Source of the DNA: the human T2T-CHM13v2.0 reference genome, Homo sapiens | Strand: one strand, 5' to 3' | DNA: 64,000 bases | NCBI RefSeq assembly: GCF_009914755.1 | Contig: NC_060931.1 | In this document: positions 1-19,720 of the stretch, in pieces | Layout: each line of letters starts with the position of its first letter | Numbering within the stretch: position 1 is the stretch's first letter | Translations under genes and position numbers: made by a program | Notes under the pieces: generated by a model | The model's database searches: none | Told to the model about the DNA's origin: nothing | The model's input: only the letters and a program-made list of their open reading frames with translations

Positions 1-989
<989 letters not shown>

Positions 990-1896
990 TGAGGTCTTGC
1001 CTGCTGTCTGCCAATGGCAAAATAAACAGCATGATGCTGCTAATGCTCAAAGTGGCCCTGGGCAAGGTGGAGAGGGGAGGCCAGGAAAGCGGTGGGGCTC
1101 CAGAGGTCGTACTTTCAGGCAGCACTCATTGGCTGTGTGGATGCCCTCATCATTGGAGTTGAGTTTGAAGGCACCCTGGGCCCATTCCTCAGCCACCTGT
1201 ATCAGGTAGCAGCAATGCCAGGGGTCAGGTGAGCAGGCATCAGCAGCCAAGGGAGCCCCTGCCCACCCTATCCCTGATGACTGACTGTCCCTGTCCAGGA
1301 GCTGAGTCCCGGAAGCACACCTTGGGAGGGGGCATCTGGGGCCCGGCACACCTTCACCCATGAGCCATGTGGGCCACAGGGGTCATTAAAGGATGGAGAG
1401 AGGCGGTCATCAAGGCACACAGTTAAACAGCACATGAGAATATACTTAGTTTAACGTGAACTAAGGGGTTCACATTGAACCTATTATGATTCTTAGTCAC
1501 CAACCAATTCATACTCACCTGTTTTCCCAAGCCGATTCTCTTTTTTTTTTTGAGGGGTTACAGGTGTGGGCCACCACACCCCGGCCGCAGCCAGTCTGTT
1601 TTCAGAGATGGTCTTTGGGTTAATGAGAATTCTCCCCCTGCTTACTCGCCAGGCAGTGTGGCGTTCTCAATCCAAGGGGGCTGCGCATAGGGAGATGGGA
1701 TTTGTTTGCTCAGTTTGGACTCAGCGTTTTTTGCACTTCGATTTAATAGACTTATAAAATGTCAAAGGTTTAAGGGAGCTTAGAGTTCTTCTGGCCCACA
1801 CCTGGCTGATGAGAATTTCTAGGGGAAGTTTTTTTGAAATGCCAGATCTCTGCATTTTGAGATCCTGATTTAGTAACTCCAGGGTTGGAACCTGAG

Positions 1897-2101
<205 letters not shown>

Positions 2102-3249
2102 TGATGGCACCAAACGGAAAGCAGGAGAGACGGAAGCACAGCTCCTAGACACTTAGAAAATTGCATCCGCCTGAGCGGTATCAGCCCTACAAATCAGTGT
2201 TAATTTATCTTCTTCTGTAGAGCTTGGCACAGTGGCCTGGATCACCCAGTGATTCATCTAATATCCCTGTGAGTTTGCCCAGCTTGCAGCTTCACAAATT
2301 ACACTTGCAGCCTCCTTATCAGGCAAGCTAGGAAATTAAATGTAAATGGCTATGGTGTTGCTAAGAAACATGGCTGCATACACAGACACCTGAAGCTGAG
2401 ACCATCACACGCCCATTAAAGCATCATTTCCCACTGTGGCTAATGAGGTTTGAATCCTTCAAAGGAAACCTGCTGTTCTTTTTTAAGGTCAGAAAGTGGG
2501 GTAACTCGGTTATAAGCAAGAGATAGAATTTCCCTTCCTGGATGCTAGGGGAGTGTGTGTTTATGGGTATATATTGGAGCTCTGTGGTCTCATGGCTAAG
2601 TGGTGGGGGTGGGGACTCATGGGCTGGCCACTGGTCTGACTGTATTTCCTACACCCCCACACACCATCCTCACAGGGAGGATGACACATGTCATGCCATG
2701 AAACACCTGACCAAGCACAGGTCAAAGCTACCAACACATCCCATTTTGTAGTACCTTGCAAATCTTGTATAGCTGTGAGCTATGATTTATTTCATGTAGG
2801 TGTATTGTGGTACTTGGGTCCTAGTGGTTACTTTTCATATCATTATTTTTACCAAGCGTTTTCTCTCCTAAATTCAATCAAAAGCTGCACAATTTCTATC
2901 CCCTCTACCACTATTTCCATTCAAGGAAGGAAATGCTGGCCAGATTTAGAGAGTGCCCGTTTCATTTCTTTGGAGGGCCATCATTTGCTTGGTTGCATAT
3001 GTACTTTTCCTTGGTTGGTTCTTTTTAAATTTTTTTTTTTTTTAGCAATCTTCCTGCCTCAGCCTCCCCAGTAACTGAGACTACAGTCACATGCCACCAC
3101 ACCTGGCTAATTTTTAAAATTTTTTGTAGAGACAAGGTCTCTCATTATGTCGCCCAGGCCAGTCTCCAACTCCTGGGCATAAGTTGTCCTCCTGCCTTGG
3201 CTTCCCAAAGCATTGGATTACGGGTGTGAACCACCATGCCTGGCTTAAA

Positions 3250-3501
3250 ATTTTTTGTTAAAAACAAACACACACACTGGCCCAGGCCTACACAGGGTCA
3301 GGATCATCCATATCACTGTCTTCCATCGCCACATCTTGCTCTGCTGGAAAGTCTTCATGGGCAATAAAACTCATGGAGCTGTCATCTCCTATGACAATAA
3401 TTCTGTAATGGACCCTGATGGACCAGCCTGAGGCTGTTTTACAGTTAACTTTTATTTTAAGTAGAGGTACACTCTACAATAATGATAAAAAGGATAGTAT
3501 A

Positions 3502-3542
<41 letters not shown>

Positions 3543-3760
3543 GTAAACTAGCAACATAGTCATTTATTATCAAGTATTCTGTACTGTACATGCTATACTT
3601 TTATACAACTGTGAACATAGGCTTTTTCTTTTTTAACAACAGCATCACCACAAACACACTAGTCATCCATTGCATTGCCACATTATGGTGGCTCCAGCAT
3701 CACTAGGTGACAGGAATTTTTCAGCTCCATTATAATCTTATAGGACCACCATTCTATGTA
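3250..3760. mobile_element. Tigger3/MER7-like DNA transposon fragment containing a (TA)n microsatellite (~3504-3535)
   Basis: CTACACAGGGTCAGGATCATC..TATCACTGTCTTCC and GGAATTTTTCAGCTCCATTATAATCTTATAGGACCACC resemble Tigger3 consensus. Confidence 0.7.
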
Positions 3761-5999
3761 CATAAATACGTATTGTATGATCCCAATTTTTAAAAATAGG
3801 ATCATACAATTTTGTACCCTGTTTTTCCATTTAACATTATATTACAAACATTTCCCCATGTCATTAAATTATTCTACATCATCACTTTTATTGCTTATAA
3901 TTCATAATATGGACACATTCTAATTTATTTAACCAATCCTCTGTTATGTGACAATTAGGTTAATTCCATTTTTTTTGCCATTATAGTCATTGCTGTAATG
4001 AACATCCTTGAGGTTTCCTCTTTGCAGCAACATTTTTGAAGCACATTTTTAAGTCTTTGATATTGCTACATTCCTTCTGAAAGGCTGTACATATTTCTAA
4101 CCAGCTGTGATGGATTCTTCTGATTACAATTTAAAATATATTTGTCAGTTTGATATGCAAAGAATGGGCATCTTTATGTTAATTTTAATATCTTGGATCA
4201 TGGGAGGTTAAACATTCTCCTTGGGGGTAACTGCTAGAAGGGATATCTTGTGCTCTCCTGCTTCCAGATGGGGGAGGTTAAATGTTGTTAGTTATCACTT
4301 AGGAAGATGAAATTGAAGCATGCTGCCAGGAAGCTGAGGGCAGTTAAAGTAGTGGCTATTAGCCTTCAGAGCCCAAAGCCAATCTTCCTGAGCATCAGTT
4401 TTCAATCTCCGTGAGTGGGCCTCCTAATCTGGAGGTATCTGGCTTGTGCAGGCCTACAGCAGTGCAGACCTGGGAGGAGTATGCAGTGGGACCCAGGAGG
4501 CTTGGGGTGTCATCAGGAGGCATGAGGGGCCTGGCTACCTCAAAGATTGACTTTCTACACCTCCAGGCCTTCCCCTTTCCCTTCTCCTCCATCACGAAGA
4601 TAATCAGGTATCAGCAGCTTCCACTGGGTTCTGTTGCATCTGCTACCTTCCATTAAGGCACAACTAGAGCACTTGGTGCAGGTGGGAGATTTTGAGTGTG
4701 AAGTTTGTGGTGAATCTGTTGAGTGGATGGTTTAGTACTGTCAGTGCTGCTGGGCTGCTCTCATTTCTAGGTGGGGAGAGAGGTCAGAGCAGGGACCTTC
4801 CAGTGAGAAGGTCCAGGGACGGATCTGATCACAGGAGGACAATATCACAAAGTGTTTTGCCAGTTTCAATAACTCGGTTTATGAGGAGAAAACGGCGTGA
4901 GGATGGTCTGGGAAGCAGTGATGTCAGAAGTCAGGGAGGCAACAGGCAGCGTGTGCTCCTCCCTGGACGGCCCCTTCATCATCCAAACTGGCAGGTGCTC
5001 TGGGAAGAGTGGCCTCATTCCCTGGAATGTGGGAAAGAGAGTGGAGGTTTAATGTGTAATTTGCAGTCCTTAGAATCCATTATGGGCATGAATAAGCCCA
5101 GAGAGGCTGCGGGCAGGAGAATTAAACACGAATGCTCATCGAGACCGAGGCACTGGAGACTGAGAAGAAGTTCAGTTGCCAACATCTTTCACTTTGGGTA
5201 TTGACTCTGAAGTCACTTGGCCAAAGCCAAATGAAGTCAGTCGATAAAAAGGGCCCTGGAAGGTAATATAATGCCACAAAGATTTCTCACAATGGAAAAA
5301 GCAGGTTTGGCACCCGTGAGCTCTAAATTCGTCTGAGTTGGTAAACCTGGACTCTCCACAGCTCTTTGAGAGCTGGAGGCTAAGAAAATCCGAGAATGGG
5401 GTTTATGTCAGCCCTCCTTGCTGTGAAGGAACTTGGGTCTTTTGGTGTTGAGTGCACAGTGGAGTCAGAGGGGAGGATGTGGTGGCGGCAGCGGCACACA
5501 CAATTGACTGCCGTGGAGAGGAGAACTGCTTTTGGAAGAATCTGCAGGCATTTGGTTGAATTTAGCGGTGTGCCTACATTTATTATTAATCATGGTGACT
5601 CTGCTTTGTGTTTTTCACAGTGCATTCTTGTAGATCTAACTTGAATTTCATAATATAACATATTTTCCACAAGTTTATTGAATTTTAATTTTTGCCAGTC
5701 AGTGTTTGAACAACTGCTCAGCCTCATGGGAGGGGTGGTTTTATAAGTGTGTGGAGGAAGCTAAGTATGTTTACAAGCTGTGGTAGCAAATTTGAGGGGT
5801 CAGGCATGGACTCCCCCAGTCCTGACAGGGGCGCTGGGGGGCAATGGTGGGCTGAATATGGCCCAGTGAAAGTCTCACGTGAGACCACAGTAGATGCCAT
5901 TGTGGAAGCTTAGCTCCCACTCCACCTTGGAGGTGTCAAGGCCTTGTTTTCTATCCCAGGATCTGTGTGTAGTTAGAGCAGGAGACCCTTTTACCTGAG

Positions 6000-6740
6000 A
6001 ACTGTTTTCTTTGCTGTGTGATCTTTGGCAGGTTATTTAAGCTCTCCAGCCTTTAGTTCTCACTTGTAAGATGAGATAATAATAATAGCATCAATCTCAA
6101 GGAATTGTGTGAAGGTTAATTGAGTTAATAGATTTTTAAAAAGAGAGAACACTCAGTGGGTATTAACTATTATGATGACAAGAGTAGTAATGACCACGCA
6201 TTTTGGACTTCATAGATGGAGGAAGCCCAGGCTGGTTGGAGAGCTTCCCTGTCTCCCAGCAAGGTTTTAACAAATCTAACAAATCTCCATTCTCTACCTG
6301 GGTGGCCTTGCCAGGGACGTGGTGACAAGCATAAAGGGGAGGAGCTATGGTTCTTCAGGAAGGTACTGATGGAAGGATAACCAGTCCTGTGCTTTTATGA
6401 AATAGAAAACCAAAATGGGGAACTTGACCTAGAGAATTTCATTAACCTCTTTAACTACATCAAAGGCAGCAGTGAAGCAACTTCTCTTGCGTGATGCCAA
6501 GAACTGAAAGAGTGCATGCTGTCCTCCAACTCTTGGCCCTGCCACTTACCAGCTGTATAACCAGGGCCAGTTACTTAACCTCTCTGAGCCTTAGTTTCCT
6601 CATCTGTCAATGGGAATGATAATATTTTATAGGGTTGTTGTGGTTATTAATCAAGTGACATCTGTAGAATGGCTAGCAAGTTATTAAGTTCTTGGAACCA
6701 TGTGAAGACTCAGTAAAAGCCAATCATTATGCTCATTATT
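6000..6740. mobile_element. Two MIR fragments (~6000-6170, ~6520-6740)
   Basis: MIR core, e.g. GTTACTTAACCTCTCTGAGCCTTAGTTTCCTCATCTGT. Confidence 0.7.
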
Positions 6741-6753
6741 ATGTTTATTATAA

Positions 6754-7053
<300 letters not shown>

Positions 7054-7609
7054 ATAAATGCTCTTATTACGAGTTACCTTACGGCTTATGATTTACAACC
7101 GAGGAAGCAGGTTATTTCATGGCAGGACTTGTACTGTGATAGTTCTCTTCCTCGTCATGAAAGATGTCAACAGCACTCATCGGGATTCCCCCACCTTGGC
7201 TGGACCTATCCTCTGGCCTTGGTAGTTGCCCATGTGAAAATTGGGAGAAGGTGATGCCCACCTGCTTGCACAAGGGCTGGGTCTAAATCATCCAGTCTCT
7301 GTGTGTATCTACAGCCCTAGGAATGGGGACTGGCTCATGGCTCTTATTGCATGATCAGGGATTTTGAGGATATTTGAGGTGCCCAGACTCAAACCTTCCT
7401 TGTCATTACCTCCTTCCTAGCTTTTTCCCTCTACCTAACAATTTTTTCTCAGCTTCTCTTGAATGTGTCCCCCTTTTCCATGGCCTCAGTTGCCTCTCGC
7501 TCCCTCCCCTGGCTTTGTCCTCTTCTGCACCCTCCCTGCAATTGTTTTTGTCTCTCCAGCCCCAGCTCCTCATTCCTCGGATGACAGGACCCAGACTTTC
7601 ATATGGGGA

Positions 7610-7930
7610 TGGATAAGTTAGGAATGCATTCAGCTGTAAATAAGTAAGCTGATGCAGAGTGGCTGCAACATAAGGATTTATTTCATTCACATAGCACTAA
7701 GTCTGAAGATAGGTGGTTGCCTGCTTTGATTCAGCGTTTCTATCGTCATGCTCACAGCTCCAGGAATCACATCTACACTCAAGGCAGGATGAAGGAAGGG
7801 AGGAAGAAACCACAATTTGCATTTGTTTTTTTTTTTAATGAGAAAAGCCAAAGTTTTTCCAGTTGTCCCCAGCATACTTCCTTTGTATCTCATTAGCGAG
7901 AGCTGTGTTAAGATTCCATGCCTGCCTTGT
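7610..7930. mobile_element. Old ERVL-type LTR (LTR33-like) fragment
   Basis: Degenerate resemblance (GTTAGGAATGCATTCAGCTG..; GCAGGATGAAGGAAGGG); family recalled, not computed. Confidence 0.4.
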
Positions 7931-8449
7931 AAATCCAGGCTCTGTCATCTGGCACCCAAGGACTTCGTCATCCGGCCTCAATAATGTCTCCCAATTATTC
8001 CCCTTGATGAAAACCACTGCTGCAGGATTTACCTTTTTTTTTTTAAACAGTGGCCTTTCACCATCTGTACATCTCTTCATGCTAACCTCTCCGCCTCAAA
8101 CACTGCTTGGTCCATCTTCACCTTTCAAAACTCTATATATTCAAGACATAACTCAAATGTTGCTTCTTCCAGGAAGCCTTCTTTGATCACCTCAAGTCAT
8201 AACCCCTGCAGCTCTTGCTGATATTCATGAGACACCGGTCACATTGCCCTGTGGCAGTTGATGTGTCTCTTATCTTTCCAATTAAACCATTAGCTTTGTG
8301 CCTTTTCTAGCACCTAGCAGGGTGCCATTCACATTGTGGGGCTCAGGAGACATAGATCGCTGGAAAAATCTGGTTTGGGATGAATTTCTGTCTCAGCCCC
8401 TGGAGAGGGTTTTTCTTTTCCTGACCACATTTTATTAAAGCTATTTTTC

Positions 8450-9399
<950 letters not shown>

Positions 9400-10752
9400 T
9401 AGGATTACAGGCACGAGCCACCATGCCCCGTCTGTTTCATTTGTTTTGTTTTGTTTTTTAAAGAAGCAGAAACCTTTAAGCATAATAATAATAATAATAA
9501 AAGGCCATCCCTAGACCCCTAGTGAGGAAAGTGCATAAGGAGATAGATGCTTTGGCTGAAGGGTTGTAGGAGGCATGTGGCGCCTGAGGCCCTGGGCCAC
9601 CTCTTCCAACTCTGGAGCCCCAGGAACACATATATGTAGACACCCACTCTAGGTGACAAGCATGAGTCAGATTTGACTTTCACTTAAGTTCTGGGCCACA
9701 GCACCTGCCAGCCACGCTGAGAACCTCACCATGACCTCCAAACTGACAAGGCTTGGAGGTGGCCCAGACGCAGCAGGCTGGACTATGAGGTGATATCTGT
9801 CGCTGGATAGAATAGGTTTTTCAGGATATAAATACTACCTGTCCACCACCATGACATGTCAGTCAAACTTCCTCCATCTCCAAGACAAATATCAGAAACT
9901 GCATGACTCCTGACACCAGGAACAAAGAAACAAATTGGGAACATCATGTGCAAAAAAAGATTTTAATAAAGATTCAGCGGCTCCGTGCATAGATCCTGCC
10001 ATACTGCTTATTGTGATCTTGACAGTGATGTTGGGCGAGAATGAATAGACTGTGAGGCCATTCATATTCCAGGCACTGATGAGCCCAATGCAGCCTAAAT
10101 GATGGCTGACTATAGACAGGGACCCTTTCAGGGGCTGCTTTGGGGGACCTCTGGCCTCAGCCTCTTGGCCTCTGCAGGCTCTGCGACCCTGAAGCTGAGG
10201 TTTCTCACTGGCCTGCAGGGAGCCTGAAAAAGGCAGATTCCTGGGCCCTCAACCTTCATTTGCCCTCCTGAGCCAGGACCCTGAAGAGCTGCATTTTTAC
10301 CATGCTCTCTGTGTGTTTCTTCCTCCTCCTCATTCTGCTTTTTTATTATAGAAAACTTTAAACATACACAAAAGTAGACAGGAAAGTAAAATGAACCCTA
10401 TGCACCCACAGCCGGGCTTCAACAGTTACCCATAGATGGCCAGTCTTGTTGCATCTCTACTCCTACTCACTGTCCCCAGTATTATTTTGAATCAAATCCC
10501 AGACATCAAATTATTTCATCCAGAGACAGGTCCCCCTATCTAAAACATAAGGGGATCTTTTTAAAGACATAACCATAATACTATTATCCCCACCTAAAAA
10601 TGAGCACTGATTTCTTTCTGGTGCATAGTGGAGTGTGAGGACCATGGCCTAAGCTCTCTCAGCCAATGGGGAGGTCACTTCCTCTGGTAGTGGCAGCCGT
10701 GCCTGACACGTGTTGCAAGAGGGTGGCATTTTTAAAGGAAGCCGGCAGGAGC

Positions 10753-10887
10753 TCTACTTCTGGAAATCCAAGCTCATAAGTGAAAAACAGCACCAAGTTG
10801 AGCTGACCCCTTGTGTTGCAAAGGGGGCCTTGGGTCCTAGGCAGGACTATTATCTAGAATCTTGCCATCCACACCTTCTATTTGTTT
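10753..10887 (+). repeat. 135-bp direct repeat, copy 1 (copy 2 at 12539-12673)
   Basis: Ungapped manual alignment, 18 mismatches in 135 bp (~87%). Confidence 0.85.
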
Positions 10888-11919
10888 TTAAAGCCAACTT
10901 TGCATTTTAACCTAAGGGGTGCAGAGAAGCCACTGTCAAGTTCCCTATGGAGTAGTTCCTGGGGGCTTACCAGTATGACGTCACTCTGGGCAGTCTTTGA
11001 ATATCCAGTCAGACCCCCTGGATTTGATGTGTGGCTCTGCAGTTTACGCACTGTGCATTAGGAAGCTGGCGCTTGCTGTAATCAGCTGGCAGGGGTGTTT
11101 TTTGAGATAGTGACAGTAGACGACATGCTGATAAACAGGCTGGATGCTGGGAGTGTCTGGTGATGCAGGTCACCCATCTTCCCCTGCTTGCCTGTGCCCA
11201 CTGCCTACCCAGGGGTCCATGCAGATGGTTTTCCAAGCCCTACCTTCATCCCAAGAGCTGGATTCATGGTTTCTTGCAGATGCCAAATAGGAACCAGCTG
11301 GGATTCCCAGCACTCAGACCCCCCGAGGCTGGTGGGCAGAGACAGGCCCTGTTGGGGCTCTTGCTCCAGCTGTCCCCCTTGGAGAACCCTCTGCAGTGTG
11401 CAGCGAGGCACTCCTGGGCTGACTGTCTTCCAGCCCTTGCTCCTGAAGGCACCATTTCACACACATCCCAGGCCCCTTGGAACTGAGATGGCCGTGGCCG
11501 CGGCCTTGGCCGACCAGGTGTCCCTTGATTCCAGTGAGGAGCAGGGACATAGGAAAAGGAGCTTTGCTGGTGGAGGAGGCTGCACAAAGGAGCAGTGGGA
11601 TGCCAAGGTCTCCTATTGCTGTCCATCCTCAGGGCTGAAGGCTGCTCAGTAGGAAGCAGCCAGGAAGGTGGGCTCATAGGAGCTGCACCCAGTACAGTGG
11701 GGCCAAAGTCTTAAAGGCTCCCCAATAACAGGGCCTCTTCCTCTAGCAGGGGCCACAGTGCGTGCGGATTGCTAGACAGTGGACAAAGGATGGGTTGTAT
11801 CTTTGAAGGCCTAGGAGTCAAAGCTACTCTGCCTCCTTCAGCTGCTGGGGGTTGGGGGGCTGAGGAGTGTTCCACAAGGGCCCACTCTCTCCAGGAGCTG
11901 CTGCCTACTGGCTGGATAG

Positions 11920-12186
11920 ACACAGCTTGGCTCGCTCATGCCCAGCGAGACAGAAAGAGTTAAGCTGCTGAACCTGAAGGCAAGGGAATGCTGGTTGTGC
12001 TGCTGCGTGTGGGAACCAAACTAAGCAGCCGAGACAGGGCAGACAGTGTAAGAAAGCTGGTGATGAGAGCTGCTGCTGAATAAAATCATCTTTTACCTTC
12101 CTACAGCCCCCTAAGTGTTCTTTCTGCTCATCCACCCACTGCCTTCAGACCTCAACATGACATTTGGCATAGTCATGAACCTGACA
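11920..12186 (+). mobile_element. LTR18B-like (ERVL) LTR 3' portion
   Basis: GAAAGAGTTAAGCTGCTGA..CTAAGCAGCCGAGACAGGGC..GCTGCTGAATAAAA..ending CTGACA. Confidence 0.65.
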
Positions 12187-12538
12187 GGGGGAAACAGTCT
12201 TGGCTTTGGAGTCAGGAGGTCCTGGGTTCTACTCCCTGCAACGGGGAATCAGTTGGTACAACCATAATAGGGGGAAGTTTGATGGCATTTTTTAAAATCA
12301 TAAACACATCAGTGTATCCTTTGACCTAGCAATTCCACCTGTGCAAAAGGGCAGGTGTACAAGGAAGTTCATTGCAGTGTATTTGTAACCACAGAAGACT
12401 GGCAACATCTCAATGCCTATCTATAGTGGGCAAGTTTAATAACCTGTGGTTATTTCATACAATAACCTCTTAAAAAGAATGAGGCAGTTCCATGCATTCA
12501 TTGCTACAAAACAATTGTCAGTGATATTAGAGGGAAGA

Positions 12539-12673
12539 TCTACTTCTGGAAATCCATGCTCATAAGAGAAAAATAGCACTAAGTTGGGCTGACCATTTGT
12601 GTTGCAAAAGGGGACTTGGGTCCTAAGTAGGGCCATTATCTAGAATCTTGTCATCCAGGCCATTTATTTGTTT
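12539..12673 (+). repeat. 135-bp direct repeat, copy 2
   Basis: Matches 10753-10887; lies between old L1 fragments. Confidence 0.85.
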
Positions 12674-12674
12674 A

Positions 12675-16794
<4,120 letters not shown>

Positions 16795-16809
16795 ATATAC
16801 GTGTAATTT

Positions 16810-17245
16810 CTTTTATATAATTTCAACTTTTATTTTAGATTCAGACAGTACATGTGCAGGTTTCTTACATATCATGTGATGCTGAGGTTTGGGGTACAAA
16901 TGATCCCATCACCCAGATCATGAGCATAGTACCCAATCGTTAGTTTTTCTGCCCTTGCCTTCCCTCTCTCTTCCCTCTGCCCCATCTAGTAGCATCTTGT
17001 GTCTGCTATTCCCATCTTTATGTCCATATGTACCCAATGTATGTCCATATATCCCACTTGTAAGTAAGAACATGCAACATTTGGTTTTCTGTTTCTATGT
17101 TAATTCTGTTAGGATGATGGCCTCTAGCTGCATCCATGTTGCTGCAAAAGACATGTTCTTTTTTATGGCTGTGTAGTATTTTACAGTATATATGTACCAC
17201 ATTTTCTTTATCCAGTCTACCATTGATGGGTATCTAACTTGACTC
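16810..17245 (-). mobile_element. Old L1PA (L1PA15/16-like) 3' end
   Basis: CAACTTTTATTTTAGATTCA..GTACATGTGCAGG..GATGCTGAGGTTTGGGGTAC; minus-strand translation includes MVDWIKKMWYIYT (ORF2 C-terminus). Confidence 0.75.
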
Positions 17246-17288
17246 CATGTCAAGATCACACCACTGCACTCCAGCCTGGGCAACAAGA

Positions 17289-17370
17289 GGTCCCTGCGCC
17301 CCACACACAATGACCCCGCATCAGGGTCCCTGCGCCCCACACACACTGACCCTGGATCGGGGACCCTGGG
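17289..17370. repeat. 36-bp minisatellite, ~2.3 copies, in retrocopy 3'UTR
   Basis: GGTCCCTGCGCCCCACACAC at 17289 and 17325; degenerate third start at 17361. Confidence 0.8.
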
Positions 17371-19079
17371 CTGCAGAACCCATCCATGATGTTTCTGTGC
17401 CCCTGGCTCTGGTGGCATTGGGACCCTCCAGGCTGGGCTGAGCAGGGCCCCCCCACCAGTGTGTTCCAGCGGGAGTGGACCTGGATTGGGGGGCAGGGAT
17501 TGACACCCAAGGGGACCTGCCCCAGCCTCCTCCTGTACTGTAGGGGTTCTCGTTTTCCTTGGCTGAGGGAAGTGGCCTCTCCCTGCTGAAACTTGGGGTC
17601 GGGCTGGGTGTGAGAGGAAACGGGGGTGAGCAGGACCCCAAACCTTGGGAATCCTGAGTGTGTGTTTGGGGGGGTTGGGGGGCAGGCCTATGATGTGCCT
17701 GGGAGCTGTCTGGGGGCCCTCCTGGGGAGCCAGGCTCACACACTGTTGTGTGGGACTCAACGTGGGGCAGTGTCCTGGCCAGGATGAGGAAAGCCATCAC
17801 CCCGGGGTTTGCGGGAGATACATGCAGGCTAAGATCTCGCCCACCCGGCTCCCCGATCCACTGCAGCCAGAGTCCCTCAGCCTTGGCCAGGACCTGAAGT
17901 CCGAGCGCCATCCCTGGGTCTACCCGGCCAGGCGGGCACCCCCCGCTTACAGGTCATCCCCACCCCCTCCATCTGCTTCCGTTAGAGTGACAGCTACCTT
18001 GTCCTGGTGCCCTGGTTGAGGGGGGAAGCTGCCCTTGGACCCGCATCGGAGCCGCGCAGCGCCTTCTGTTGGCAGTTGTTGGAAGTGCAGCCTGGCGTGA
18101 GCAGTGCCTTTCCCTGTAGATGGGACCCAGGGCAGCACAGCTGGAAATGGGGGATGGTAACTTGTGGAGGTGATCCCCACTGTCCACTGACAGCGGCAGT
18201 AGTAGCTGCGGACTATGCAGACTCAAGACAGCCCCAGCCCATGTCAGCACCAGGAGCTAAAACGGAGTCAAGGGTTTGGTGTGGGGACCAGCCGGGGGCA
18301 GGCCTGGGGAGCCCATTTGGCAATGCGGGCAGGAAGGCGCCCACTCTGGGACTGTCTGGGCCTGCCGGGGGTCTCCAGCCAGAGAAGGTGGGTGTGATGG
18401 GGCGCCCAACCTCGAAGGGCTGAGTGCCAGGCCGGCCCTGGGGGCCCGCGCTGCCCACACGGACTAGATGAAGTCCAGAGGCGCCCACGTCCCACTGGCT
18501 CAGGGCGCGGGCCTCAAACAGCTGCTTAATGAGTGCTGACTTCTCCTGCTCCAGCTGCGTGATGCGCTCACTCTTCTCTGTCACCTCCTGGGTGAGGAGT
18601 CGGTTCTGCTCATTCAGCATGAGGATGGTCTGCTGCTGCCGGCCCAGGGACGAAGTGGACGTGCGGGCAGGACCGGGTGGGGGGCGGAGGAGGACGTGGA
18701 CAGGGCCTGGCTGGCACAGGCCGCAGCCAGCAGCTCCCTCAGGCACCAGGCCACCTCCTGTACCTTGGGCAGTAGCCGCCCCAGTGGGCGGGGGCTCCCG
18801 CAGCCCCATAGTCGGTGCTGGTGCTCCTGCACTCATTGCAGCTGCTGCTGGTACCAGCCGCGGCCCCGCGCCGTCATCTCCAAAGCCTGCAACTGCACAG
18901 CCTTCTCTGCTCCAGCTTCTTTATCTGCTTCAGCAGGCCGCAGTCCATGCCGCTGGTGATGGTGTGACTCCGACGTTCCCCTGGGGCACTGGGGGCCCGC
19001 CAGGCATCCCCTGAGTCCGCCTCCCTGGCCCTGGGCCCTGCAGGCCACTGCACCTGCGTCTGCACTCCGGCTCGGTTCC

Positions 19080-19720
19080 AGCGCGGTGCTCTGGGACAGC
19101 TCCGGCTCCACGGGGCAGGGCGCCGCCTCGGCCCGGGAGCACAGCTGCTCCGGGCTGCGGGCCGCGCCGCTGGGACGGCCAGATGGCCGCGCACGCCCAG
19201 GGGCTGGGGCTTCCTCTCCAGGACCGTCCGCGGCTCTTCAGCGGGCGCTAACACCAGGCGCTGCCGCGGCGGCGGCGGCGGCGGCGGCGGCGGCTGGTCC
19301 CTGGTCCCGGCCAGGGCGCATGTGGGGTCCCAGGGGCCGCCATCGGGCTCAGCAGCGTGGTGCGCAAGCCGGCCACGAAGCGCTCGAAGGTCAAGTAGCC
19401 GCTGGCCTGGGCCACCTGGCACAAGCCCTCCAGCACCCCGCGTGGCTGCTCCCACGTGTTGGCGCCCTGCCAGCGAGACTGGATCTCGTGCAGGTGCCTG
19501 CAGCCGCACCGCCTGTTGTCCAGATGTGGAACAGGGTGTGCAGGCTCTGCAGCAAGGCGCGCGGCAGCCCCTCAGTGCTGGGCGCGGGCGCAGGCACGGG
19601 GGTAGGCACGCGGCCCCGCTCGGCCACGGCGGCCATGGCCACAGGTGCCCGGGCTCGGTCCCCTCCTCCACCCGCGTGTGTTCCCGGGCGGCCCCATGGA
19701 GGGGCCGGCCCAGAGCGCTC
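19080..19720. promoter_or_regulatory. CpG-island-like segment (retrocopy 5' half)
   Basis: Very GC-rich with many retained CpGs against AT-rich flanks; no functional evidence. Confidence 0.55.
19267..19293 (+). repeat. (CGG)9 trinucleotide repeat
   Basis: Nine uninterrupted CGG units; encodes P9 in the SAPCD2 frame. Confidence 0.95.

Noticed and set aside
2350-2375. RFX X-box-like GTTGCTAAGAAAC in a unique block
   Set aside because: Single short motif with no supporting evidence from sequence alone.
4692-5204. 170-aa ORF in non-repeat sequence
   Set aside because: TTG start, no recognisable domain or exon structure.
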